Assembly (NCBI GenBank): GCA_963810935.1
Contig: CAWEPK010000005.1
Span: 128,001 to 192,000 of the forward strand
Origin: an uncultured delta proteobacterium
GTDB lineage: Bacteria > Desulfobacterota > Syntrophorhabdia > Syntrophorhabdales > WCHB1-27
DNA length: 64,000 nucleotides
Direction of reading: 5' to 3'
The position numbers and the translations under genes are program-made. The first letter of the stretch is position 1. Each line of letters starts with the position of its first letter. Below are positions 1 through 9,007 of this stretch, piece after piece. The notes below the pieces were generated by a model, which saw only the letters and a program-made list of their open reading frames with translations, made no database searches and was not told where the DNA came from.

Positions 1-1242
1 GAGGGGGAAAAACGAAAGGGAGGCGCAGATGCCGGCAAGAAAAATGGCGGGGCCTATCTGTTCCATTGTGGCTGAAAGGGCCTGCTTCGTCGAAACGAAG
101 AAGCGCTGCCGCTCTTCGCTGTATCGTGCGAACCAATGGACCCCGTAATCGATGCCGAGGCCGAGGAGCATGGGGGCAAAGGTAACCGAGAGCAGGTTGA
201 GGTGTCCTATAACGATGGTGGTAATGCCGAAAGTGATGCACAGCGCAATGACGAGGACGGCTACCGCGAGGAGCGGCCTTCTTACGCCGCGCCAGAAAAC
301 GATAAGGAGTACGGCGAGCCCGACCAGCGACAGCCCGGTCGCGAGCCCTATGTCCTTCATCGCAATCTGTTTTTCGTCTTCGTCGAGCGCCTTCTGGCCG
401 GTCACTCCCGCGTTGACGTCGCGATAGTCCGCCCTTAAGGCGGCCACGGTTTCCCGCAGCGCCTGCAACGGCGGTATGGCAAGGTTGCCGCCTTTGGAGA
501 CAGGCTGCACGAAGATAAGCAGGTATTTATTGCCTTCCGTCCAGAAATAGCCTTCCTGGGACTCATCGGTCACACTTTCCCTGAAAAAAGAGTCCCAGGG
601 CGAGCTAAAGGCAGGCACGCCTTCGATCCAGCTTTTCATCTGGCGGAGCGTGCTGATCAGGAAGCCCAAGTCCATCGGGCTTTTGTTCGCCTTGTTGTCC
701 TTGAGGAAGCCCGTGAACAGCTCACCCACCATGCCCGAGGCCATCTCATCGTTGACCTCATGGAAGAGGACGTCCAGGCGGGGCGACTTTGAAAGCTGCG
801 CAATAGAGGACGTATGGTCGCGCAGGTTCTCCCGCAGGTCCGAAAGCTCGTGCTCGCTGAGATAGAGGAGCGCCCAGCGCCTCATTGAAGCGCGGTCCAC
901 CCGCGCAAACACCTGGCTGTAGTGCTCGCGGTCCGCCTCCAGTTTTTTCGTGAGCCGGTTGACGAACTCAAGCGTCCTGTGGGCGTCCCGGTTCTCCACT
1001 ACAACGACGAAGGCCTCCTGGTCGGAGAACCGGTCGGCCATCTTGAGAAGCTGCATCATGCGGTCGCTGGGCGAGATGAGGGAGCGCTGGCTCGTCTCGA
1101 AACCGAGATACCCGATTGTAACGGCGACGGAGACTGCGGCGAGGGCGACCCAGAAAACGAGCGTCGCCAGGGGGTGCGCTATCTGGACGGCGACGAGCTT
1201 TTGAAGCCATCGCCGTATGTGCCTGTGGTTGCCTACCTTCAC
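1..1242 (-). CDS. MMPL/RND family transporter (HpnN-like); N-terminal part, runs off the window's left edge
   Basis: Manual translation, not in the ORF track because there is no stop in the window. GTG at 1242 overlaps the TolC stop (GTGA). TM1, a large periplasmic domain, then 'VTGQKALDEDE' and TM helices containing the MMPL signature 'LGLGIDYGVHW'. Confidence 0.85.
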   Translation of the reverse strand, partial: MKVGNHRHIRRWLQKLVAVQIAHPLATLVFWVALAAVSVAVTIGYLGFETSQRSLISPSDRMMQLLKMADRFSDQEAFVVVVENRDAHRTLEFVNRLTKKLEADREHYSQVFARVDRASMRRWALLYLSEHELSDLRENLRDHTSSIAQLSKSPRLDVLFHEVNDEMASGMVGELFTGFLKDNKANKSPMDLGFLISTLRQMKSWIEGVPAFSSPWDSFFRESVTDESQEGYFWTEGNKYLLIFVQPVSKGGNLAIPPLQALRETVAALRADYRDVNAGVTGQKALDEDEKQIAMKDIGLATGLSLVGLAVLLIVFWRGVRRPLLAVAVLVIALCITFGITTIVIGHLNLLSVTFAPMLLGLGIDYGVHWFARYSEERQRFFVSTKQALSATMEQIGPAIFLAGICASLSFFPL

Positions 1243-2642
1243 CAGTTCCTTACTCCCATCGCGTACTCAAGCTGCGCCATGGACAGGTTGTAATTGAAGA
1301 GGGCCTCCAGGTACCTGCCCCTGTTCTGGCCGTACCGCTCGATGCCCCGCAGCAGGTCGTCGGCTGTGCCCGTTCCCATGTCGAAGCTGGTCAGGGCGGC
1401 CACTATCCATTTCCTCGACGCTCCGGCTGCCTTATCATACGCCTCCACGGCCACTCTCCATTGCTTCACGTCCTGGTAAGCCTTCATTACCTGGATGGGG
1501 ATATTGAGCTGCGCGTTGGCTTTGGTGTGGCTAAGGCGCTCGTACTCCGCCCTCTCCTTCTCAACCCGGGCCTTCAGTATACCAAAATCGAAGTGCCAGT
1601 TCACTCCCGTCACTACGCCGCCATACGCGTGATTGAAATCGTCCGTGATATAAGGGTTATGCAGCGTCTCGCGCCCCGGCGCGACGGCCACGGACCCCAC
1701 GGCGGCCGCAAAAAAGGACGGCATCCTGTCCGCCTGGGCTGCTTCGACGAGCGATCTCTGCGCGGCAAGCCCCTTCTCCAACTGCTTGAACTCGGGCCGC
1801 TCTGCCAGCGCCTTGCTTACATACGAATCAGGCCCACCAAGCTCCTCCAGCTTGAATTCGAGTCTCTTTTCCGCGGGCTCGAAGTCCTTGCCCGAAGAAA
1901 GCCCCAGGAGGCGCTTCAGCGCATAATACGATATATTGGCCCCTTTCTCCGCCTCCGCCCTTCCCCTGATTACGTCCGCCCGGTAGGCATCGACCCTGTA
2001 CAGCTCGCTCTCCACAACGTTCGCCGAGCCGAGCTTGAGAAGGCGCTCCATGTGCGTCCTCGCCTCGTCGAAAAAGCCGCCCGCTTCCTTTGCGGCCTCT
2101 ATCCCTGTCTTCGAAAGGACGAGGGCATAATAAAGCTCCCTCACGCGTAGGGCGATCTCGTTGCCCGTCTGCAGCTCCTGGGCCTGGCGCGCGGCAACGC
2201 CCTGCTCGGCCGCGTCGCGCCTGTTCGAGATCTTGCCGAACGTATAGATGGGCTGCGTCATCATGACGTTGAGCTTGCCGAAAACACCGATGGACCAGTA
2301 GCTCGACGATGGATCGATGATCCGGTTGCCTGCGACCTCCGGCCGCTTGGCGTCATTTACCGGCCCCAACAAGCCGACGGTATCGATCTGCGGGAGAAAG
2401 CCCGCCCGCGCCTGGGCAAGATCGCTTTTGGCCGAGGCGGACGCGCTCCGCTTTTCCGCCATCTCGGGGCTGAAGGCAACCGCCATGCGGATCATATCCG
2501 TAAGGCCGAGCACCGTTTTCTCCCCGCCGGACTGTGCGCGGGCGGCGCCCGCAAACAAAACGAGAAGTGCGATGCAGCAGGCTGCCGCACCCGGAAGCCG
2601 CCACATCCGGCTCACGAAAAACGCTTCTACGTGCGTCTCCAT
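1239..2642 (-). CDS. TolC family outer membrane efflux protein
   Basis: Signal peptide, two OEP repeats ('AQARAGFLPQI', 'AQADRMPSF'), C-terminal 'YNLSMAQLEYAMG'; AGGAGG SD upstream. Confidence 0.88.
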   Translation of the reverse strand: METHVEAFFVSRMWRLPGAAACCIALLVLFAGAARAQSGGEKTVLGLTDMIRMAVAFSPEMAEKRSASASAKSDLAQARAGFLPQIDTVGLLGPVNDAKRPEVAGNRIIDPSSSYWSIGVFGKLNVMMTQPIYTFGKISNRRDAAEQGVAARQAQELQTGNEIALRVRELYYALVLSKTGIEAAKEAGGFFDEARTHMERLLKLGSANVVESELYRVDAYRADVIRGRAEAEKGANISYYALKRLLGLSSGKDFEPAEKRLEFKLEELGGPDSYVSKALAERPEFKQLEKGLAAQRSLVEAAQADRMPSFFAAAVGSVAVAPGRETLHNPYITDDFNHAYGGVVTGVNWHFDFGILKARVEKERAEYERLSHTKANAQLNIPIQVMKAYQDVKQWRVAVEAYDKAAGASRKWIVAALTSFDMGTGTADDLLRGIERYGQNRGRYLEALFNYNLSMAQLEYAMGVRNW

Positions 2643-3685
2643 GTGACCTCCTTGTTCTCTTCTCCCTTGCTGCTGATAATCCCGGCTTCGCCGTTGCCCA
2701 CCAGGGCCCTATCCCTCTTTCTCATCCCTCCGACAAGTACCACGTAGACAGCCAGGCCGGCGCATGCCCAGACAAGCTGCTCCAGACGCAGCGTTATGCC
2801 ATAAGTAAGCCCCGCGGCCGAATTAAAACCGAGGATGCTGAAGACGATCACCCGCGTCGTCTCCTGCACGCCGAAATCGACCGGCAGAGCAAAGGTGACG
2901 AGGTTAAACCAGATGCCCAGACAGACGATTGCCGTAGCGAGCGACATTGACGCCCCTCCGGTAACAAAAGTGAGGAAATAGTAAGCGGGCAGGATGCTCC
3001 ACGTCAGAGCTGCGACGTGCCATATAACCGATAAAGGCATGTCGTAAGGGCGCAGCCGGTAGTACGCACGCAGCCTCTGGTCGACGTCGGTCGCATGAAG
3101 GGCGGCGGTCCGCAGGCCGGCGCCGCCGATACGATGGGCAACTGCCCAACGCACGACTGCCCCCAGCTTGCCGTACTTCTGGACGATAAAGAAACCTATA
3201 ATGCCGCCGGTGAGCAGGGCCGTGCCTGCGACCAGGGCGGCCCAAAGGCCGCCGGGCAGGACGACCCGGCGGAAGATTACGATTCCGCTTCCCACAACGA
3301 AGACGATCTGGCCGAGCGCCTGGGAAAGCTTATCGATTATGACGGCGGAGGCCGCGTCTGCGCCGGTCCGGTTAGTCGACAGAAGGACCCCTTTTGCGAC
3401 TTCGCCGCCGAAACCTGCGGTGGGGGTAAGGTGATTGATCGACGAGCCGGCAAGGCGGATCGCAAAAATCTTGGCAAAAGAGAGCGATCTGTGGGCGCCC
3501 AACAGGCAGCGCCCCCAGCCAATGGTATGGAAGACCTCGGTGACGCCGTCGAGGAGCACGAGGAGCAGAAAGCCCCATCCGAGCATTACCATCCTCTGCC
3601 ATATCGCAACCGGCCCAATCTTGTAGATAAGGACGGCGAGCAGGGCCACCCCGGACGCTATGGCTATCAGATGGAACTTCTTCAA
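2627..3685 (-). CDS. Lysylphosphatidylglycerol synthase TM / flippase-like membrane protein (UPF0104/HpnL-like)
   Basis: Multi-TM protein with 'INHLTPTAGFGGEVAK', 'VIIDK' and 'PVDFGVQE' motifs. Likely TTG start at 3685 behind AAGGGAG; the ORF track extends it to 3784. Confidence 0.8.
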   Translation of the reverse strand: MKKFHLIAIASGVALLAVLIYKIGPVAIWQRMVMLGWGFLLLVLLDGVTEVFHTIGWGRCLLGAHRSLSFAKIFAIRLAGSSINHLTPTAGFGGEVAKGVLLSTNRTGADAASAVIIDKLSQALGQIVFVVGSGIVIFRRVVLPGGLWAALVAGTALLTGGIIGFFIVQKYGKLGAVVRWAVAHRIGGAGLRTAALHATDVDQRLRAYYRLRPYDMPLSVIWHVAALTWSILPAYYFLTFVTGGASMSLATAIVCLGIWFNLVTFALPVDFGVQETTRVIVFSILGFNSAAGLTYGITLRLEQLVWACAGLAVYVVLVGGMRKRDRALVGNGEAGIISSKGEENKEVTWRRT

Positions 3686-3808
3686 CGTTTGGCTCCCTTG
3701 AAGTAAATCAACGGCGCGCCTTCCGGCCGGTGACGGAAAAACAGGTACTTCGAACGGGCGTTGCGAACGAAAGCCGCTCCTCATCGATGCCCGCAGCTTC
3801 CGCGTCTT

Positions 3809-4513
3809 TTAGGCCGCGCCGTGTAACCTCAGATAATCCTCCGCTGCCGCAACATCCTCCGGCCTGTCCACGTCGATCGTCTTTGCGACGGAGACGGCGC
3901 ACAGCCTGAAACCCGCCTCGGGCAGGAAACAGAGGAATTGCCGCAGCGCGCTTAAGCGGCGCTCCTTCGCCGCTTCCACAAAATCGAAGACCGACGGCTC
4001 CAGCCTGTAAAAACCCGCAGTCACGGTGCCCGCCGGACCATCCGTGTGGCCGATCCTGCGTACCACGTGGTCGCGGCCCGCATCCACACGCAGGGGCTTC
4101 TCGTCGTCGCTGAAGCGGGTTACGGCCAGCACCCCTTGCGCGGAGCGAAGTGCCGCCGCGCCTGCAAGGAAGCGTTTTAGCGTAAGCGTCCTGAAGACCG
4201 TGTCCACCGTGAAAAGGACGAACGGCCCGCCCCGTAGGAGCGGGGCAAGCGCAATCAGGCTCTCCAGGGAGTTGTCCGTCGTCTTCTTTATCAGCTCGAA
4301 ATCGAGCGGCCACTTCTGTGAGAGCAGGTACGCCTCGGTCTGAGGGCTCCGCTCGTTGATGATGCAGCACATGGAGGTGATCCCGGCATTGTGGGCCACG
4401 CGTATGAGCCTGCCGATCATCGGCTCTCCGCAGATGGGCACCATCGGCTTCGGGACGGAGAACCCCGGAGCGAGGCGCTCCCCGAACCCTGCCGAGATGA
4501 TGCCCGCCCTCAT
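3809..4513 (-). CDS. NTP transferase (candidate inositol-1-phosphate cytidylyltransferase)
   Basis: 'IISAGFGERL...PKPMVPICGEPMI' nucleotidyltransferase signature and C-terminal 'IDVDRPED'; in an operon with ino1. Confidence 0.8.
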   Translation of the reverse strand: MRAGIISAGFGERLAPGFSVPKPMVPICGEPMIGRLIRVAHNAGITSMCCIINERSPQTEAYLLSQKWPLDFELIKKTTDNSLESLIALAPLLRGGPFVLFTVDTVFRTLTLKRFLAGAAALRSAQGVLAVTRFSDDEKPLRVDAGRDHVVRRIGHTDGPAGTVTAGFYRLEPSVFDFVEAAKERRLSALRQFLCFLPEAGFRLCAVSVAKTIDVDRPEDVAAAEDYLRLHGAA

Positions 4514-5223
4514 AACGCCAGGGCCTCCAGCTCTGAAAGCCTCGTTATGATCGCGTCTATGGGCGGCGCATTCTCCGGCATGCGGGGGGCCGGCCCCTTG
4601 AGCCAGATCGTCTTCATCCCGATTCCTGCGGCCGGCACCATGTCGCGCTCGTATGAATCCCCGATGAAGACCGCCTGTTCGGGCCTTAAATCGAGCTTCT
4701 CGAGGGCAAGCATGAAGATGCGGGGGTCCGGCTTGCTGACTCCCACGCGGCCGGAATCGATGACTACGTCGAAGGCGTTCGACAGCCCCGCATCATCGAG
4801 GATGACCTCCAGATTGCCGAAAAAATTGGAGACTATCCCGGTGCGGAAACGGCCCCTCACCGTCCGGAAAAGACCCGTCCGCAAAGACAGGATGTGCTCG
4901 GAGCGCCCGCAAAACAAGCCCGCAAGCCGCCTGTGCATGGCCGCATCGTCAAAGCCGAGCGCCGCAAATTGATGGCCGACGTGCCGGTCGAGCAGGGTGC
5001 GCAGACCTGCCGCCGGTAGCCCTGCGTCAGCGTGGCACGCGGCATCGGCCACGTAAAAAGCGCGCTTGATATCGTCCCTGTGGAACTTGAGCCCTTCGTG
5101 CTCGTAGAGCTCGAAGAACCTGTCAAGCCAATGTTCTCCGTCGGAATCGATAGTCCCCCCAAAATCAAAAAGGAGGGCCTCGCATCCACGGAACCTTTTG
5201 GAGTCCATGATGCCCCTCGTCAT
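4510..5223 (-). CDS. HAD-superfamily phosphatase
   Basis: Motif I variant 'FDFGGTID', plus 'VSN', 'KPDPRIF' and 'GDSYERD'. Confidence 0.85.
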   Translation of the reverse strand: MTRGIMDSKRFRGCEALLFDFGGTIDSDGEHWLDRFFELYEHEGLKFHRDDIKRAFYVADAACHADAGLPAAGLRTLLDRHVGHQFAALGFDDAAMHRRLAGLFCGRSEHILSLRTGLFRTVRGRFRTGIVSNFFGNLEVILDDAGLSNAFDVVIDSGRVGVSKPDPRIFMLALEKLDLRPEQAVFIGDSYERDMVPAAGIGMKTIWLKGPAPRMPENAPPIDAIITRLSELEALAL

Positions 5224-5233
5224 AAATCCGTTT

Positions 5234-6409
5234 TCAGTGGATACCCCTAAATCCCTCGCGCGCGCCCACCTCCGGCAGGTGAAGGCGGAGGGACCTGCCC
5301 GGCTGTTTTTCCTCGCACGAACCTTGTATAAACTCCTCGACGGCGAGATACGCCTCGTCGTCCGGCAATTGCACGGGCGGGTGCTTCATGAAGAAGGCCG
5401 CGGGACCCTGCAGGACACCCGATATCCCACGGTCGAGGGCCAGCTTGCAGCACCGGATGGCGTCGATGACTATGCCCGCGGAATTGGGCGAATCTTCTAC
5501 GGACAGGCGCAATTCAATATTGAACGGGACGCCGCCGAACATCTTTCCTTCGACCCGGATGAAACAGACTTTATTGTCTTTCTGCCATGGGACGTAGTCG
5601 CTCGGACCTACGTGGATGTTCATGTCGTCCAGGCGCTCGGCCGCGATAGACTGTACGGCCTCGGTCTTGGACGTCTTTTTCGAGGCGAGCCTTTCGCGGT
5701 TGAGCATGTTCAGGAAATCGGTGTTCCCGCCGGTATTGATCTGGTAGGTGCGCTCGAGCTTGACGCCCCTCTTCCTGAAAAGGTCGACCAGGGTCCGGTG
5801 GACAATCGTAGCGCCGAGCTGCGATTTTATATCGTCCCCGATCAGGGGAAGCCCCTTGGCTTCGAAGCGGGCCGCCCATGCGGGGTCGCTCGCGATGAAA
5901 ACCGGGATGTTGTTGACGAGCGCGCAGCCTGCGTCGAGGGCGCATTCCACGTAGAACCGCGCCGCTTGCTCGGACCCGACGGGCAGGTAGTCGAGCAATA
6001 TCTCTACCCCTGCGTCCCGCAAGGCCGCAGTCACTTCTTTTTTATCCGGCTCTTTTTCGTCCGAAACCAAAAAGGTGCACGCTTCGGGATAGTCGCCCAT
6101 GTGGCCCGAGCAGCCGTCGAGGACAGCCCCCATCCTGACGCGCGTGCCCGTCGGCGTTACGTCCCTGCAGAAGGCAGTCGTGCAGTTCGGCTTCTCGAAG
6201 ATCGCCTCGGAGACGTCCTTGCCCACCTTGCGCCTGTCGATGTCGAAAGCGGCAACTATCTCTATATCGCCCGGCGCGTACCCGCCTATCTCCCGGTGCA
6301 TAAGGCCGATCTCTTCCGCTTCTTCCGTTTTCTTATAATAATTGATTCCCTGCACGAGCGAGCTGCAGCAGTTTCCGACGCCGACTACACCGATTCTGAT
6401 CGGATGCAT
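5234..6409 (-). CDS. ino1: myo-inositol-1-phosphate synthase (actinobacterial/archaeal-type)
   Basis: 'VGVGNCCSSLVQG', 'GDDIKSQLGAT', 'GGNTDFLNM', 'SKKTSKT', 'HVGPSDYVPW', 'EDSPNSAG'. Start placed at ATG 6409, just downstream of the promoter. Confidence 0.93.
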   Translation of the reverse strand: MHPIRIGVVGVGNCCSSLVQGINYYKKTEEAEEIGLMHREIGGYAPGDIEIVAAFDIDRRKVGKDVSEAIFEKPNCTTAFCRDVTPTGTRVRMGAVLDGCSGHMGDYPEACTFLVSDEKEPDKKEVTAALRDAGVEILLDYLPVGSEQAARFYVECALDAGCALVNNIPVFIASDPAWAARFEAKGLPLIGDDIKSQLGATIVHRTLVDLFRKRGVKLERTYQINTGGNTDFLNMLNRERLASKKTSKTEAVQSIAAERLDDMNIHVGPSDYVPWQKDNKVCFIRVEGKMFGGVPFNIELRLSVEDSPNSAGIVIDAIRCCKLALDRGISGVLQGPAAFFMKHPPVQLPDDEAYLAVEEFIQGSCEEKQPGRSLRLHLPEVGAREGFRGIH

Positions 6410-6416
6410 TCCTACT

Positions 6417-6445
6417 AACATATGGGAATCGGGCCGAATTGTCAA
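6417..6445 (-). promoter_or_regulatory. sigma70 promoter of the ino1 operon (leaderless geometry)
   Basis: TTGACA-17 nt-TATGTT, then 7 nt to the ATG at 6409. Confidence 0.7.
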
Positions 6446-6560
6446 GTGTTTCCGCCGTCTGCGGGGGTGCGCGAGGGGTGAAGCAAGACCTGGCGGCGGA
6501 CCCGAAAGATGCGTCTTACCGCCTTGGATTTCGCTCGCTTTACCTCATCGCTATGCGCCG

Positions 6561-7064
6561 CTACCCTTCCGCCTTTATCTCTATTTTTTTCGTCTGCTCG
6601 ATAGCCCGGGGCGACTTCGGCAGCACTATGCTGAGCACCCCGTTCTTGAATGTTGCCTCCACCTTGTCCGGCTGGACTTCCGTCGGCAGCGAAACGGAAC
6701 GCCTGAACGTGCCGTAGCTGCGCTCGCTGTAACGCACGTCCCTGCCCGCATCGAAGCGCTCCCATTTTTTCTCACCGCTGATAGTTATCGAGTTGCCGCC
6801 CGACAGCGTTATGTCGATGTCCTCAGGGCTCATGCCCGGCACTTCCGCGTTTATGCGGACCTGTTTCTCCTCGTCGATCACATCCACGCTGGGCATGAAC
6901 TCCTGCGTCCGCCACTCCAAGGGCCGCAGCCGCAGCATGGGCCATTCCTGGAAGAGATCGTCCATCCACCGGTCCATCATATCCCGCATTACGGATAAGG
7001 ACGGCGCGCCCTGGTTCCGCCTGACCGGCACGCCCTCCTCTTTCCTGGTCACCTGTTCAGCCAT
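6561..7064 (-). CDS. Hsp20/alpha-crystallin small heat shock protein
   Basis: 'PSVDVID...AEVPG', 'ERSYGTFRRSVSLP', 'ATFKNGVLSIVLPK'; GGAGG SD. Confidence 0.93.
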   Translation of the reverse strand: MAEQVTRKEEGVPVRRNQGAPSLSVMRDMMDRWMDDLFQEWPMLRLRPLEWRTQEFMPSVDVIDEEKQVRINAEVPGMSPEDIDITLSGGNSITISGEKKWERFDAGRDVRYSERSYGTFRRSVSLPTEVQPDKVEATFKNGVLSIVLPKSPRAIEQTKKIEIKAEG

Positions 7065-7174
7065 GAAGCACCTCCATCTTACCGAGAGATAGACCTAACG
7101 TAATGCAGAGATAAAACCGTTTCAATATGCAGCCGCGACACCCTTGCAAACAAAGGATAAAACGCAGAATCTTG

Positions 7175-7203
7175 TTGACAATAGGGGCATTATAGCCTAA
7201 TGT
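7175..7203 (+). promoter_or_regulatory. sigma70 promoter for tRNA-Met/HU
   Basis: TTGACA-17 nt-TAATGT, ending 8 nt before the tRNA. Confidence 0.6.
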
Positions 7204-7211
7204 AGAAATAA

Positions 7212-7285
7212 GGCGGTGTAGCTCAGACGGTTAGAGCATGCGGCTCATATCCGCAGTGTCCGGGGTTCAATTCCCTGCACCGCCA
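7212..7285 (+). tRNA. tRNA-Met (CAT), elongator type; CCA not encoded
   Basis: Cloverleaf: acceptor GGCGGTG/CACCGCC, anticodon arm TGCGG-CTCATAT-CCGCA, T arm CGGGG-TTCAATT-CCCTG. Paired G1-C72 argues against initiator; Ile2 (lysidine) is not fully excluded. Confidence 0.92.
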
Positions 7286-7337
7286 TATTGAAAGCGAAAG
7301 GTCTTTACTCGCCCAATTCTTCAGGAGGATGCAGGCA

Positions 7338-7610
7338 ATGACCAAAGCGGAGTTGATCGCCAGTGTTGCAGCAGAGGCCGGATTAAAGAAATCGGTGGCC
7401 GAAAAAATCCTTACCGCGCTCACGGACTGCATTGAAAAAGCATTGCAGAGCGGGGATAAGGTCACGCTGACCGGTTTCGGCACGTTCCAGTGCACGCGAC
7501 GTGCCCCGAGGACGGGCAGGAACCCGAGGACGGGCAAAGAGATCGAGATACCTGGATGCAGCATCCCTAAATTCAAGCCCGGCAACAAACTGAAGGAGGC
7601 GTTGAAATAG
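7338..7610 (+). CDS. hup: HU family DNA-binding protein
   Basis: 'MTKAELI', 'GFGTF', 'RTGRNPRTGKEIEIP', 'PKFKPG'; AGGAGG SD. Confidence 0.95.
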   Translation: MTKAELIASVAAEAGLKKSVAEKILTALTDCIEKALQSGDKVTLTGFGTFQCTRRAPRTGRNPRTGKEIEIPGCSIPKFKPGNKLKEALK

Positions 7611-8194
7611 TGGCCGCGAAAAGCAAAGAGGTTCTTTGGGTCCCTCTACTCATCATGTTGGCAGTTGCGCTCCTCTTGCCGCATTACGCGATGGGGGCGG
7701 AAAAAAAGGCAAAACGGCCGGCTGCCAAGCCTGCCCAGTCGGAGACCGTGGCCGCTGCGACGGTTAACGACGCCAACCTGAACGACTCCCTGCGGACCGC
7801 CGAGGACCAGGTAAAAAAGGGGAGGGCCGAAGACGCGCTCCGGATACTCCTCGCGGTGCACGGCTACGCGTCGGACAGCCTGAAGTTCCTGGCTTGCGCC
7901 GGAGAGGCATACGAAAAGGCGCGCAACAACCCGAACCTAGCGCAGGACAAGAAGGAAACGCTCTACCTGAAACAGCAGAGGATAAGCTCGCTCGTCGACC
8001 GGTATACCAAGGTCAGGGGGGAAGCCTCCTATGACCTGGGCGTCGTCTATGCGAAGAAAGGGGACCAGGCACAGGCAAGGAAATACCTCGTGGAAGCCTG
8101 CCGGACAGTGCCTTTTTCGACCGACCCGGCCTCACTCTGGATGAAATCGAAAGACATTTTTCTCAAGATCTCCAACCTGGACGGGGAGTTCTAA
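7610..8194 (+). CDS. Exported hypothetical protein with a TPR-like helix pair
   Basis: Signal peptide and 'ASYDLGVVYAKKGDQAQARKYL' TPR-like segment; start overlaps the HU stop. Confidence 0.6.
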   Translation: MAAKSKEVLWVPLLIMLAVALLLPHYAMGAEKKAKRPAAKPAQSETVAAATVNDANLNDSLRTAEDQVKKGRAEDALRILLAVHGYASDSLKFLACAGEAYEKARNNPNLAQDKKETLYLKQQRISSLVDRYTKVRGEASYDLGVVYAKKGDQAQARKYLVEACRTVPFSTDPASLWMKSKDIFLKISNLDGEF

Positions 8195-8224
8195 AACCCA
8201 AACAACTGAGTATACGTGCGCCCT

Positions 8225-8935
8225 CTACGTCTCGTCGCGATGGAGCCGCTTCAGCGCAAGGCCGAAGGTATATTCATACAGGTGAAGCCCCTTGCTGACC
8301 GCCACTATAGACCCGTCGCCCACGCCTATCTCATGGCACATGTATTCCTTTAGCAACTGGATAGCAGCAAGGTTCGACGGAAAGCCCGCCCAAAGGTCCC
8401 AGCTCCTGAAATAAAGGACAAAATTGAGCCGGTCATCCGCCAGGCGCGTATCGATCAGCCGCAGGCACGGAGGGTCTTCGAGAGTTATGTCCTGCGGCAT
8501 GCCGACCTCCATGATCGCCTGGTTGGTGCCCCGTCCTTTGCGGTAAATATCTATCACCTGCTGGACCGGGTTGATCCCGAAGGAATACTCCTTTCCATCT
8601 ATCGACACTTTGGGGTTGGTCAGCCTCTCTCCGTATGTATAGACCTCGTTTTCCTGCTTCCTGTCCGTCATCAGGTACTGGAGGTAGTCTTCGACATATT
8701 CCATGCTCGTCGGCGCCGGTATGCCCAACCCGGCAGGTATATCGGGTATCAGCGGCCTTGTCCCGGGGTGGGCTATATGGACCACGACGAGGTCGAACTC
8801 CCGCCTTTTGACCCCTTCGAAAGAGCCCCTTTCCACCTCGTACTCGTGGACGCCGCCTTCCTCGAAAATCCCGTACACGCACTGGAACCAGGCATCGGGC
8901 AGGTCCCGCGCCTTTATGACAACCGGCTGCATCAT
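8225..8935 (-). CDS. thyA: Thymidylate synthase, short archaeal/methanogen-like type
   Basis: 'YTYGERL', catalytic 'PPCL', 'RSWDLWAGFPSN', 'LHLYE'; about 236 aa. Confidence 0.82.
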   Translation of the reverse strand: MMQPVVIKARDLPDAWFQCVYGIFEEGGVHEYEVERGSFEGVKRREFDLVVVHIAHPGTRPLIPDIPAGLGIPAPTSMEYVEDYLQYLMTDRKQENEVYTYGERLTNPKVSIDGKEYSFGINPVQQVIDIYRKGRGTNQAIMEVGMPQDITLEDPPCLRLIDTRLADDRLNFVLYFRSWDLWAGFPSNLAAIQLLKEYMCHEIGVGDGSIVAVSKGLHLYEYTFGLALKRLHRDET

Positions 8936-9007
8936 GATCGAAAACCCCCCTCTCCGAAAAATGTTTGAGACATTATAACCGAAAACGGCCTGCGACAAGA
9001 ATAAGCG

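Noticed and set aside
5198..6418. Long antisense ORFs (for example 5198-6418, 15261-16871, 20794-22056, 32758-34284)
   Set aside because: Shadow ORFs opposite well-supported genes, expected at high GC; no recognisable motifs.
7212..7320. tRNA-Met as an island integration site
   Set aside because: No integrase and no duplicated tRNA 3' end seen in the window; the neighbours are housekeeping genes.
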